A stretch of DNA of 64,000 nt from Malacoraja senta. Its lineage: Eukaryota. The notes below the pieces were generated by a model. It did not search any database and was not told where the DNA came from. It saw nothing but the letters and a program-made list of their open reading frames with translations. The position numbers were made by a program, and so were the translations under genes. Shown piece after piece: positions 1 through 13,084 of the stretch (the stretch's first letter is position 1; each line of letters starts with the position of its first letter). The stretch covers positions 15,128,001-15,192,000 of the forward strand of contig CM075989.1 of the NCBI GenBank assembly GCA_038087875.1. Direction: 5' to 3'.

Positions 1-14
1 GCTGCTGTTGACGG

Positions 15-318
15 ACCACAGTTGGAAGCCTCTACCATCAGATTCCAGAACAGCTTATTCCCCGTTATTATCAGATTCTTGTGTTGGACGGTCATAAACT
101 AAGGAAGGATTCCCCCATCTTCCAATCAACCTCGTCGTGGCCATTATCCTTTATTTCCATCTGCACATTCTCTCCAGCTGTAACTCGATCTTCTGCACTG
201 TTTATGTTCTCCCTTTTCACCACCTGTTGTATTCATGTATGATTTGATTTGTCTGGGTAGCGTGCAAACAGAGTTTTTCACTGTATCTCGGTATACATGA
301 CAATAATAAACCAATACA
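15..318 (+). mobile_element. Rex1/Babar-like LINE 3' fragment
   Basis: Degenerate ..RFQNSLFP.IIR.. coding tail and ACATGACAATAATAAAC end, similar to the 3' end of the 42281-45578 element. Confidence 0.6.
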
Positions 319-524
319 GAGCCTCATGGATATCCAGTTCTGAGCCGCCAGATTCACTCCATGTCTGTCCCATTTACAGTAGAGTGACACATTACAATCA
401 AGTGCTTCCTTTATACAATGACAGAGCTTCTATATCCACAAGGATGTTGAGAGTCAGTACTACCATTGTTATTGACAGTTGCTTCTGCCCATGACAGTGG
501 ATGAGTGAGGACAAGGTCAATTAG

Positions 525-735
525 GTTTAGGAAAGAACTGCAGATGTGGATTAAATCGAAGGTAGACACAAAATGCTGGAGTAACTCAGCGGGTCAGGCA
601 TCATCTCTGGAGAGAAGGAATGGGTGACATTTCGGGTCAAGACCCTTCTTCAGACTCTATGGGTGACGTTTCGGGTCGAGACCCTTCTTCAGACTGCCTG
701 TCCCGCTGAGTTACTCCAACATTTTGTGTCTACCT
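525..735. mobile_element. Penelope-derived non-autonomous element with two tandem hammerhead-like cores and an inverted tail
   Basis: Minus-strand CTGAAGAAGGGTCT(T/C)GACCCGAAA(T/C)GTC at 626-653 and 665-692; flanking direct repeat TCAATTAG (517-524, 736-743). Confidence 0.75.
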
Positions 736-1552
736 TCAATTAGTTTTATCTCTCACCGCCTGCCACAGACCCATTCTCCAGGTACATCCTTCAAGACTTG
801 CCTCGTTCAGCCAATATGGGACTATCAGTGATGGCATTCACCCCCAAGGCAGAGTACATTCTGTGCCCTTGCTCCTTTTGGTGTTTCCTCCACCATTGTC
901 CGAGATGACGGAGCACTGATTCATCAACCAATGGCAGGTGGTGATCAGGACGAGGATCCTTGCACAATCCTGACTGATACCATGGGATATTTCAGGGTTT
1001 GGAGTCAAACCTAGGGATTCCAAGGAATGACTCCCAACCCCCATGATCAGCATATCACTGCATATGTCAGTGGCACGAAGCATGTTGCAATGGAGGAGTC
1101 ATGCACGTTGGGTCTGTAGGAATTACCACATCAGGCTGTGGCTTGGGTCATCGGTGGGCAGTTCTCCCAATTGTCACCAATCCACAGATGTGTGCAAATC
1201 TGAGAGACTGGGAGGAACCTGGCTGTATCTGGATACAGTGGCAAGGCCGACACCATGTAGGTTCTAATCCTTCTCTGAACATTACATTGCAGTAACGGTC
1301 AGCGAGTGGTTTGTTGGACTACTTCAGACATTTAAGAGTCAACCACATTGGGGTCACATATGGACCAGCCTGCATTTTGACTTCCTTCCCCAAGGGACAT
1401 TGCTAAACCAGATGAGATTTGAACTACAAGCCAGTAGTTTTAATCGTCATCAAAGACCAATAGGATCCCCCCTGCCCCAAATTCTACATTGTTGACTGAA
1501 GTTCCAACACTGCTGAAGTTGGATTTGAACCGGGAACTCTGGGTGATCAGTC

Positions 1553-1827
1553 GTTTGTTTAAGAAGGAACTGCAGATGCTGGAAAATCGAAGGTAGACAA
1601 AAGTGCTGGAGAAACTCAGCGGGTGCAGCAGCATCTATGGATGAAGTGTTTCGGCCCGAAACGTTGCCTATTTCCTTCGCTCCATAGATGCTGCTGCACC
1701 CGCTGAGTTTCTCCAGCAATTTTGTCTACTCTGGGTGATCAGTCAGCAGGAAGAAGGGTCTCGATCCGAAACGATCTCTCCAGAGATGCTACTTGTCCCG
1801 CTGAGTTACTCCAGCATTTTGTGTCTC
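1553..1827. mobile_element. Penelope-derived fold-back element plus adjacent solo copy
   Basis: Inverted arms ~1596-1641 / 1681-1727; 17-bp direct repeat ACTCTGGGTGATCAGTC (1536-1552, 1728-1744); second degenerate copy 1748-1827. Confidence 0.75.
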
Positions 1828-2139
1828 GGTGAGAATAACATTGATCCTTTACTACTGACCAAATCTTGGTATGTTTACCTTTTTTTTTTAACAAAGTGAT
1901 TACACTCTGTTACTTCATTCTAAGAATCCCCTCGATCCACGTTTATGATGACACAGAGAGCAACCTGGTAATATTTAGGTGTCGGCTCCAGTCACCAATT
2001 AACGATAGAACGCGTTCCGGTCCCCCCCCCCCCAAAAAAAAAACCCCAACAACAACAACACCTACCTGGCTCCCAAAATATCCTTCTTCGCCAGGCCCAT
2101 TCCAGCTAAAATTCTCACTCTTAGAATTCGAGATCCTTC

Positions 2140-2930
2140 CTGCAAACGACAAATCGGCGCGTTAGTGACCAGAAGCGACGGTGGGGTTGGGGAGGGGGCG
2201 AGGGAGGGGGGCGGCAAGGATACCAGAGGAGCTAGTATCCTCTAGTATCTTTGTATCTTTGGGGGGCGGTGTCCGGCCCCGAATTAGCAACAAATCAGGT
2301 TGTGGGGCATTCGCTTCGGGCTTGGAAGCTGGCGAGCCCTGATACGTGGGATATGTAGGCCTGAACTCTGGAAGACCCGCCGGGGGAGAGGTGGGTGGGT
2401 GGGTGGAAGCCCAGTTGTCGGGGGGTCAGGATTCACCACCCCGCCGGTACAAGACAGCTCCTGGTCACAAGGACGGGCGAGGAAGCGGGTCTCCCCCTCT
2501 CCCGGCTCGGCCGCGGCACAGAGTAGCAATCAGCCCCGGAGATCTTTGCTTTGGGTGGCGGTGTTGAACAAAGTAGCGCCTGGGCAATTTGTTACCTCAT
2601 CGGTGGAGATGCCGCGTATTTCGGGGAGCGATGCCATGGTGGGAGGTGTGTGAGGGTGGGGAGACGGGTGTTGCTGCTCGGTGAAGCCCGTTCCTCGCTC
2701 CTGGGATTGAGACTCCAGGCTCGCATGCCGCCCGATCGCTCCCCTACAGCCGCCACTGAAAAGTTGCCGAGCCGAGCTGAGCTGAGCCGAGCCCGCCCAC
2801 CCGCAGCAGCGCCCACGCACGCCACGCCCAGGGCCAAAGTAACCAAAATAAGAAACAGAGTCACCAACGTGGAGTAGCTGCTCGCTCCCAGTGGATACAT
2901 AGAAACGCATGGGTTAAGACCGGCTGGACA
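2140..2930 (-). promoter_or_regulatory. CpG island / promoter, 5'UTR and start of intron 1 of probable NEDD4
   Basis: High GC and CpG density, GC boxes, surrounds the ATG exon. Confidence 0.75.
2596..2637 (-). CDS. NEDD4: Probable NEDD4 first coding exon (MASLPEIRGISTDE)
   Basis: Strong Kozak CCCACCATGG, 14 codons, phase-0 donor GAG|gtaaca, inside a CpG island. Resembles recalled NEDD4/NEDD4L exon 1 peptides ending ..G-x-x-x-DE. NEDD4 lies downstream of RFX7 on the same strand in other vertebrates. Confidence 0.75.
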
Positions 2931-3051
2931 TTGCAGAATTGCATTCTGAAATAAAGTAACATTAGCAATCAAAAGGAATCTTAAAAAAAAAGAATCTACA
3001 AGTTCCGAATCTGAACGCTGGAGCTCTGATGATGAAATATCAAAATAAATG

Positions 3052-3156
3052 GCTGAAGAACTTAAGGGTCTCGACCCGAAACGTCACCCATTCCTTCTCT
3101 CCAGAGATGCTGCCTGTTCCGCTGAGTTACTCCAGCATTTTGTGTCTACCTTCAAT
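3052..3156 (+). mobile_element. Penelope-derived solo terminal-repeat copy
   Basis: CTGAAGA..GGGTCTCGACCCGAAACGTC followed by the family tail ..GCTGAGTTACTCCAGCATTTTGTGTCTACCTTC. Confidence 0.75.
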
Positions 3157-3235
3157 ATCAAACAGTTCTGTTGAAGGATTTACAAATTGAACACTGTCGC
3201 TTGAGCTGGTGGGCTCACTGTATTTGTAGTATTCT

Positions 3236-3585
3236 CTTTATATAAGGTGTATAAAATAATGAGAGGGGATAGATCTTGCCCAGAGAGACATCGAGAACCA
3301 GACTTGGGTTTAAAGTGAAGGGGGAAGGATTTAATATGAATCAGGGGGGTATCTTTTTCACACAAAGGGTGGTGGGTGTATAGAACGAGCTGCCAGGAGG
3401 TAGCTGAGGCGAGGACTATTGCAACATTTAAGAAACAATTAGACAGGTGCATGGATAGACGAGGTTTAGAGGGATATGGGCCAAACGCATGCAAATGGGA
3501 CTGGTGTAGAAGGGACATGCATGTTTGTCGGTGTGGACAAGTTGGACCGAAGGGCATGCTTCCACGCTGTATCACTCGGACTATG
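3236..3585 (+). mobile_element. CR1-type LINE 3' fragment
   Basis: FFTQRVV / ATFKKQLDRCMD CR1 ORF2 C-terminal signature and 3' tail. Confidence 0.8.
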
Positions 3586-3785
3586 TTAGATATAAATCAG
3601 CTGGTCAAGATTCCGTGTGAAGCTGACCTCTGGCAAAACAAAATGCCTCGTTCGTTTGTGGAAAGTGCTGGAGTAACTCTGGAGGATAGACAATGTTTCC
3701 ATCGGGACTCTTCTTCAGACTGCAATAGAGGGGAGAAATGCGGAGAGAAATGGGGGAAGAGGTACTGCCAGACCCGCCGAGTTAC

Positions 3786-4363
3786 ATAGAAAATAGGTGC
3801 AGGAGGAGGCCATTCGGCCCTTGGAGCCAACACCGCCATTCATTGTGATCATGGCTGATCGTCCCATATCAATAACCCGTGCCTGCCTTCTCCCCATATC
3901 CCTTGACTCCACTAGCCCCTATCTAACTATCTTTTAAATCCACCCCGTGACTTGGCTGGCCTCCACTGCCCTCTGTGGCAGGGAATTCCACAAATTCCCA
4001 ACTCTCTGGGTGAAAAAGTTTGTTCTGACCTCAGTCTTAAATGACCTCCCCTTTATTCTAAGACTGTGGCCCCTGGTTCTGGACTCGCCCCACATTGGGA
4101 ACATTTTTCCTGCATCTAGCTTGTCCAGTCCTTTTATAATTTTTATTTGTTTCTATAAGATCCCCCTCATCCTTCCAAACTCCAGTGAATACAAGCCTAG
4201 TCTTTTCAATCTTTCCTCATATGACAGTCCCGCCATCCCAGGTATCAATCTCGTGAACCTACGCTGCACTGCCTCAATCACAAGGATGTCCTTCCTCAAA
4301 TTAGGAGACCAAAACTGTACACAATACTCCAGATGTGGTCTCACCAGAGCCCTATACAACTGC
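3786..4363 (-). mobile_element. CR1-type LINE 3' fragment nested in a Penelope-derived element
   Basis: [29 protein letters not shown]; direct repeat AGTTAC (3780-3785, 4364-4369) splits the host element (~3660-4420). Confidence 0.85.
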
Positions 4364-6382
4364 AGTTACTCCAGCACTTTGCGTTCCAGGCAAGATTCCA
4401 ACATCTACAGTTCATTGTAGTCCGATAGTTTGTTTTGTTGCAGTTCCCTTGTTTCGGGGAATAGTGACATTTGATGCGTGAACGTTAGTCCTGTTGACAA
4501 GGGGTTCGGTTTCTGGATGAGTGGTGAGAGCAAAGGCCACCCGCGGCCCTCAAGGGAGGAACCGACCAAAGCGAACCTTTCAGTCTCATCAGGTCCCAGA
4601 CAGGCGCTGTGCAACATCAGAATCAACTCAGTCAAAGTCGCACCTTGGTCTGCCTGAAGCTCGTTGGTCCCCCAGTGCAAGACCTCTGCAACCAAATGCT
4701 GCAACATTCCCAGATGCAGGAACAGGTGGCGAGGGAGACACTGGTCTCGGTGCTGCCAGAACAGGTCCAGAAAGGACCACCGTCTTAACTCCACGATAGA
4801 CTGAAGGACACCCACACACTTCACTGATGCAGCGTTTCATGTTGACATCCTGTGAGATAATGCATTGAACTGCTCGTGGAGTGGTTAGATATCGGCATTC
4901 CGATTATGTTTGATGTGATTGTTATCAATAAAATATATTTAGGAGAAATCCATCGCAGATATTTTTCACCTGAATGGCAAATCTGTCTGGTCATTCTGAA
5001 TTAATTTGTTCTTCTAAGCAAACCATTTTCTCTCCCATAACATTAGAAATTGGTTATTCCAGTTGAAAATAGGGGGCACTTAACTAAACAACATGTTACA
5101 GTGAAGCATGGCGTTCTTGTCGTTGCTTCCCCCCACTTGTCAACTGAAGGTGTGTGCAATGCTTCAATAACAAAGTCTAGGTTTACCTGCTTATTATGCA
5201 GCCACTCGTGGACCAGCCGTCACCTGAGCCCTCTGGAGTTTGGTGTTCTCTATTTTATTGTGATACAATATTATCAAATCCGGTGCAAATTTAGATAAAA
5301 ATGGGACTAATGTTCTGAGAAGTGAGCTTGAAATATGCTGAGGAAAGGATGGATGGGAGAAAGCAGGTACTTCCTGCACATAAAACAGCATGTATATTAG
5401 CTGCAAATACTAGATAGATCACAGGTGCACAGACAGATATACATGGAAGCAGAACTGAAGAAGCGAGTTCTCAAAAATATATCAACGTTTTAATAGATTT
5501 AAATTTTCTGATGGATATTGGAATATCTTGAAAGGGATTATCCGTTTCTTGTATATATTGTACCATCATATTGCCATTTCCAGGACAGAGTTTCGTTAAG
5601 ATTAATTTAGCTTCACAAACTATTATGAATTTGGGCTTCCACTGGATTATTTCAGGTATCTGATAATATCTCCATTACACCACTGTTCTTTATTATAAGC
5701 AGGTCCTGGCGAGCTCTGTAAATAATCCTGAGAATTAGTGTCATAACCGCATTACGGAACATTGCGCCAACACACCTTCCCTGATTGATGGGGAGGAACA
5801 CCTATGCAGACAGAGCATAACATTTACAGATAAATAACCAGTGCCTGCCCACATGCAAATTCATGTTTTGTCAACACACAGTCCAGCTCACAAGGAAAAT
5901 CTAGAGCCAGAGAAAATGTTTTCTGGAGATTAAACAATACTTGTGAGAAATTATTTACTATTTTTTGTAACATTACTTTTAGCCATAAATTTCATTCGGG
6001 GTAAATTACCGAAGATGGAAGTTCAAAGCACTCCAAGTATATATGGAATGATTTTGTGGAAATCAAATGTTCCTGCCCCTTAAAAAGATACACCATCTCC
6101 TGGTATTCTTATTGGTTCCTCCAACAATAGTGCCTCTGCTAATGGTCCTCAAATAGCACCTTATGAATGAGAAATGTAAGGAAATAGGAATATGTGTCAT
6201 CCAAAGATGTAATTAATTGTCAGGGCTATGTACATTCCCATATGCATCTTTATTTTGTAAACCAGCATCCGCAGTTGCTTGTGTGAACACTTGGCAATCC
6301 TACTCAGTACAACTCCACGTGTCATATATGGGGATATATGTGCCATGTAGACTTGCACTGACTAGGATTGAGAAGTGTTCAC

Positions 6383-6888
6383 ACAAGGAACTGCAGAAGC
6401 TGGTTTACAAAAACAGACACAAAGTGCCAGAGTAACTCAGCGAGTCATGCAGCACCTCTGGAGAACATGACCTTTGGGCCGGGACCCTTCTTCAGACTGT
6501 TTGTAAGGGGGCAAGAGGAGAAGATATGAAGAGAGGATGGAGCGGAAACCCAAGTGAGAGTTGGAGGGGTGGGGGGGAGGTGATAGCCAGATGGTTGGAC
6601 AATTGCTCCCTTTCCCACCCATCCCCTTGTATTCCTTCCTCTGGCTTAACATTTTACACTTTACATCCTTACTTTAGTCTTTCATCTCTGGCCTTTATCA
6701 AACCATATCAAAAATCCCATCCATCTATCACTTGCCAGGTTTTGTCACGCCCCTACCTCTTATCCATCTTTCTCAATCTTTCACTACCTACAATCAGTCT
6801 GAAGAAGGATCCCGGCCCGAAGCGTCACTTATCCATGTTTTCCAGAGATGCTGCCTGACCCATTGAATTACTTCAACACTGTATTTTT
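6383..6888. mobile_element. Penelope-derived element with inverted arms
   Basis: 16-bp direct repeat ATTGAGAAGTGTTCAC (6367-6382, 6889-6904); degenerate hammerhead-like cores on both strands (~6470-6495, 6799-6826). Confidence 0.75.
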
Positions 6889-7974
6889 ATTGAGAAGTGT
6901 TCACCTATTGATGGGGGAGGGGTATGGCGCGGCTGGAAGAAATTAGAATAGTAAATTCTACCCGAGGATGACTGTAAAGAGATTTCTCTGTCCATTTAAG
7001 AAACAGGAAAGCAACGTATTATCCCTGAAATTAGTGTAGGATAGATTCCGTCATAAATCTCTTTTTCTAATTACTTGGGTGATTCAGCAGCCAAGGAACT
7101 AAAGTGCTGCCTAAATACCTGTAATGTGAGCTGGTAACTCATGACGACTTCGTCTGAGGGACACAAGGAACCAAAGATGCTTAAATCTTGAGTAAATCAT
7201 AAAGTGCTGAGGTAACTTCAGCAAGTCAGGCAGTATCTGTGAAAGTAAAGGACATACAACCTTTTCAGGAGACAGAACTACCAGTCCTTTGCTCCATCTG
7301 TTTAAAGGTTGCTGTTCTGAAACATTATCTGTCCATTCCCTCCACAGAAACTGCCTGACCTGCTTATTTACTCTAATACATTGTTTTGCTCAAAACTTCA
7401 ACTCACTTTTAATTTCCTTTCTCAAAGGACTTCAAGCTCTACACCCAGTGCTCAGATTGAATGGTTTAGAAAGCACAAGTAACTACTTGACCACAAAAGG
7501 ACTGTGTAACTGACAAGACTAAATATGAATCAAATTTACTTCCAAATCGATCTGAGCAAACTGAGATATGTTCGTATTTGTGCATATTTTAGAACCTTCA
7601 GTGTGGGGAAATTACATATTTTCTACTTAAGGACCAAGATAATGAGATTTAGGTTTGTGATTTTCCATGTTAGAAACATCTTTGTGAACTGTAATTACCC
7701 AAGGCACTAATACCAATGTACAGAGAAATCTACAATTACCCCCCAGTTGCATGAGTATGTAATTGGCCTCGTGTCACACCCATTTGCAGTAATTATAGCG
7801 TGATCTTAAGTTCATTGTCCATGCTACTGAACACAGCATGAATGCATTGCATGAAACAATATCCCTACCCTTTTACAGAGTATTCAATTTGCATGGGCTA
7901 TCACATGAAGCTTCATCAGAAAGTTCATTTTTGTAAGCCATTGCAATTTATTGTTTTATTCCATTTCATGCTAT

Positions 7975-8311
7975 TAGACAATAGACAATAGGTGCAGGAG
8001 TAGGCCATTCAGCCCTTTGAGCCAGCACCGCCATTCAATGTGATCATGGCTGATCATCCCCAATCAGTACCCCGTTCCTGCCTTCTCCCCATATCCCCTG
8101 ACTCCGCTATTTTTATGAGCCCTATCTAGCTCTCTCTTGAAAGTATCCAGAGAACCTGCCTCCACCACCCTCTGAGGCAGAGAATTCCACAGACTCACCA
8201 CTCTCTGTGAGAAAAAGTGTTTCCTCGTCTCCGTTCTAAATGGCTTACTCCTTATTCTTAAACTGTGGCCCCTGGTTCTGGACCCCCCCCCCCCCAACAT
8301 CGGGAACATGT
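7975..8311 (-). mobile_element. CR1-type LINE 3' fragment, well preserved
   Basis: SRTRGHSLRIR..FFSQRVVSLWNSLPQ..; (TAGACAA)n tail. Confidence 0.85.
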
Positions 8312-8852
8312 TGTGCCAAAATGTTCCCCAAAACAGGAACGTTTGAATTTGTGGGAAGATTTGTCAAGCTGACCCAAGACAAAATCTGAATCAACATTAA
8401 AATTAGCTGAACATAGGCACAAAAGGCTGGAGTAAATCAGTTGGATGAGACATTCATTCAGCTAAAAAAAAGTGCCGGAGGAACTCAAAGGGTCAGGAGG
8501 TATCCGAGGGAATGGACAGATGAAGTTTCAGGTCAGGACCCTTCTTCTGACATACAGCGCAAGTGTGAGAAAGCTGGAAAAGAGAGCCGAGGGTGGGACT
8601 ACGTCTAGCAAATGGAAACACGTAACGAAGAGTGATTGGCAGATTGGTGGGGTGAGTGACAAAGGCTAGAGGTGAAAAGCAGACAAAATGAAGTCAAAGA
8701 AGGAAAGGGGGGTGGGTGTGGATAAAGTAGGGGAGATAAAAGGGAAATTAAGAACTCGGAGATGAAAGATAACTTCCTCGTCCCTTCCACCCATATCCTT
8801 CCCTCCAGCTTTACATTTTACTCCTCCTCTACCAATTAATAAGATCACAATG

Positions 8853-8949
8853 TCTGAAGAAGGGTTTCGGCCCGAAACGTTGCCTATTTCCTTCGCTCCA
8901 TAGATGCTGCTGCACCCGCTGAGTTTCTCCAGCATTTTTGTGTACCACC
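8853..8949 (+). mobile_element. ~97-bp Penelope-derived mini-element starting at the hammerhead-like core
   Basis: TCTGAAGAAGGGTTTCGGCCCGAAACGTT..; 15-bp direct repeat AATAAGATCACAATG (8838-8852, 8950-8964). Confidence 0.8.
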
Positions 8950-9611
8950 AATAAGATCACAATGGTGTATTTAAACAAACTTTCATCCAAAGGTGTGCAA
9001 GAAACTATTGAACACATAAAAACATGATTGGTTAAGTAGCTACTAAGTTAGTAATCTCCTTTAAAGGCCAGAAGACTCCCAACATTACTTTTAGACTGCG
9101 CATAACATTGATGTGTCTTGTTATTAGAGCCATAGAAACAGGCCCTTTGGTTCACCAGGTCCATGCCGACCAAGTTGTCTAGCTGAGCTATTCCATCTGC
9201 CTACGTTTGGCTCATATCCCTCTAAACATTTCCTATCGATGTATATATCTAATTGTCTGAGCAAGTCCTGCCCTTGTTTAATTTACCAAAGTGCAACATC
9301 TCACATTTATCCAAGTTACATTCCATCCACCATTCTTTGACTACCCGCAATCTTAGATAACCCTTTTCACTGCCCACTATAACCACAAACTTTTGGTGTC
9401 ACCTGAAAACTTACACCATTGTCATCCAAATCCTGAACAAAGGTGATAAATATCAATGGACTCAGCACCAGTCCCTATGGCACAATACTAGTGACAGGCC
9501 TCTAATAGGTAAAACAACCCTCCACTGCTATGCTCTGATTATTTCCTCCGAGCCAATTTTATAACCAATTGGCTGGATCATTCTGGATTCCATGAGACTG
9601 GTCTAAAACAA

Positions 9612-9903
9612 GTAGCGGCACAGTGGTAGGGTTGCTATCTTACGGTGCTAGAGACCCGGGCTTGATTCTGACTACACATGCTGCCTGTAGGGAGTTTGTA
9701 CATTCTTCCTGTGACTGCCTGGGTTTTCTCTGGGTGCTCCTGTTTCCTCCCACATTACAAAGACAGCAGGTGTGTAGGTTAATTGGCTTCTGGACTTTGT
9801 CACTAGTCTGCAGGATAGAACTAGTGTTTGGGGATCGCTGGTAGGCATCAACTCTGTGGGCTGAAGGGTCTGTTTCCATGCTGTATTTCTAAACTAAACT
9901 AAA
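9612..9903 (+). mobile_element. tRNA-derived V-SINE (HE1-like)
   Basis: tRNA-like head (A/B box remnants), V-domain-like core (GGAGTTTGTACATTCT..TTTCCTCCCACA), CR1-like tail ending (CTAAA)n. Confidence 0.75.
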
Positions 9904-12089
9904 TTTCGTGATTGGAATGGTAGTTCTGGACCAGTTCTTTTATTTGTTTTTTTAAGTATAGCAATTTATTGTCTTCCATGTTGAACAGGCTTCTTATTGT
10001 AATTATCCAAGGCACTTGGTGATCAAGTACATATCCAAATCAATGTAATGTTTCCTCTGGACTTACCCATGAGGGTAATGATTGCTGGTTGCCTGCCAGA
10101 GCAGGAGGCACATGAGGACACGCTTTCCAGATTGGAATGTGGTACAAAATTTTTTTTATTGGTTTTTGAAACCATTTACAAAACTTCAACAATATCTGTG
10201 AGCACTTTCATCAATAAGAAAAAAAAAAGCTAAACTGAAATGCTATTCCAACATTACTGCACTACTGATTTTGGTTTTCAGCAGTACAATACACAAATAC
10301 CATTTAAAAAAATCTACACTAAATAAAAATTGTGGTACAGGCCAGCATTACCTTGTGATGTAGTAAGTAGTTGGGGTTCACTGCTTGTAGTTTCTCTTGA
10401 TGTGTATTAGTTATAATTGCTGAAACCAAATCATTTTCAATCAGCTCACATTAATGGCAATTTATTTTGCAAAAATATATGTATAGCAAATTACTGTAGC
10501 ACCTTCCACAATAGTTTACCAAACACTAATTCCCCAAATCAATTGAACAAAAGTGATAACATATTCAACGTTTCCAAGGTGAATTAGTAAACTTCAGAAA
10601 AGGTACATAACTTGTAATGTGTCTAATTGAGCATCCCTGGCCCTTAAAGAACCAGATTCATTTCAGCAAAAAGAGGTTACTGGAATATAACTAGCACTGT
10701 ACAATATAATTCAACAACACACATGCACACTTGTGATTATTTATTAACATGGTGAAGAAAAACTGAACGTTAAATTTTCATCGTTTTAATATTCTCATAC
10801 AAGAGAATTAAGAAAAACAATTATCTCATTGAGATCAATGTACACTGCTACATAAAACACTCAAAATGTCATTTTGCAATGACATTTCATCTTATGTATG
10901 GTCTCACCTTCTAAAATCAATTCAAATGACAACTTAGTTTGTGTAACGATTAACATTTGTCCTAAGAGATGTGCCAGGCCAGAAACTCCCTTTAGACATC
11001 TAGTGCAAAATATGATCAAAATATATCCACTGAACTCAGAACTGAGGATATACTTAGATTAAAAGCATCTCCAAATATACTTAAGGTGCAAACCTATGTA
11101 AGAACCTCTTGCTGAAAACTATGCAATGTTACGCTCAGCGCTGTTTCAGCTAGATAAAGTTAGTTTATTTGTGCTCTGCCGAGCAGTTCAGGTCCAGTGG
11201 ACCAGAATGTCAACAACAATGTGATAGCTAATATGTCAATATTAAAATAACTAATCAAAATATCAAACTTCAGAGATTACCAAAGTGATAACCTCTTTGT
11301 AAGTGCATATATTAAAAAGCAGACTATAAAAAAGGAAAGAAACACAAATATGAATTTAAAATGTCCAAAGTTTTCAAGAGCTTTTCAATTCCCCACACAT
11401 AAAAAAAACACTTTTAGAGTTTTCCAGAAAACTTAAACTGGACAAATTTAAAATAAATCACTGGTACATCGCATCCCTTCCATTCAACTATTTACTCAGC
11501 TCATCATTTTCCAAGCCCGATAATCATATGGATTGACTTTTAAAACATTACAGAAATTATATGTAACGTAACAGCACTGCCTTTGGTTAATACCTATTGA
11601 TCATATTACTTCACATCAAAATACAATTAGCAAGACCTTCCTTTGTAGAGATTGGTGAAAACAGAGACTGTAGATTTTGGTTAATTGGCAAATAAATATG
11701 TTTAAAAATGCTTTAAAATTTTTAAGTTTAAAGATGTGCTTGGCCTTTCAGTCAATTGTTTCAGTTAAAGCATGAACCACTAAATCTGCAATCACTTAAA
11801 TGTAAAAGTAGTATCATAGGGATAAAGTATATGTTAATACCATAGCTTTAACAAATGAATCAGTCTACACTGATGAAATTTAACTCCTAGTATCGTGACA
11901 CCATTGGGTATATTTGATGCATTCTGGGAAACTTTTCTTTGACTGTCAAGGCAAATTAATTGACCAAGTTAAAATAACTTGTTGAGCAACACAATGTTAT
12001 GTTCTGCACAATTGATGCCCATAGGCTGACTGTCCACCTGACAGACAGGTATCAGGAAGTTGAGGATAAGGATAAAACACTCTAAACTC

Positions 12090-12485
12090 AGCACTTTATT
12101 CCTTAGAGCATAGGGGACTGTGGGGCGATCTTATAGGGGTGTATAAAATCATGAGGGGTATAGACAGGGTGAATGCACAGAGTCCTTTACCCAGAGTAAA
12201 AACCAGAGGACATAAGATTAAGGTGAGATGGATAAGATTTAATAGAAACCCTAGTGACAACTTTCTCACCCAGAGTGGTGGATATATGGAACGAGTCGCC
12301 AGAGGAAGTGGTTAAGGCAGTTTCAATGACAGCGTTTAAGAGATATTTGAACATGTACATAGATAGGAAAGGTTTAGATCGATATGGGTCAAAATAGAAC
12401 AAAGGGACTAGCTCAGACAGGCATCTTGGTCGGCATGGAACTTTGGAGCTAAATGGACTGTTTTGTGCTGTTTGAATCCATGACT
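12090..12485 (+). mobile_element. Degenerate CR1-type LINE 3' fragment
   Basis: RGDL..VYKIMRGID, TRGH, QRVV..WN motifs. Confidence 0.75.
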
Positions 12486-13084
12486 AATCTAATTAAAGGC
12501 ATAAAATATTTATATATATATATAAATATATATATATATATTTTAAAAAACATTCAAAAGTTTACCAACTAAGAACATCAAGCAGTGCAGATGGAATATA
12601 AATGACAATAACAAAATGTAATGCAAGGAATATATACTGACTGATCCATTGAGAATAGCAGTGTCCACATGTGTATAGATTAGTGGGCCTTTTTGCTTCT
12701 ATCCATTATTTTATAGACAAATTGACAGTGGCAAAACATTTTAGTCCTCACCATTCAGAAATAAGCTAGCAAAAACTGTCATGGTTAAATGTAAGCTATT
12801 TCAAATTCTGCATGTGCTCTTGAGAACCAGACTAGATCTAAAACCAGGTACAGTTTTCAGCTTTATTTTTGAAAGAGAAAGCAAGCAAATGTGATGCGTA
12901 GATTTTTTTTGGAGATGATAATCTGGATATGGAGGAGGCAAAGACATTACATGGTAATAGGAAACAAATAATTTAATTTAAGTTTTCATTTTTTCTAAAA
13001 TTTTATTACTAACTTTTTTCTATTTGTTCATGGGATAGATAACTTTAATCGCTAACTTTAAATTATTCACAAACTAAATGCTAC

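Noticed and set aside
2284-2972. Multiple 70-126 aa ORFs in the CpG island
   Set aside because: Stop-poor GC-rich sequence; only the Kozak ATG-to-donor segment 2637-2596 has gene-like signals
9612-9690. tRNA gene
   Set aside because: Degenerate tRNA-like head continuing into SINE body and tail
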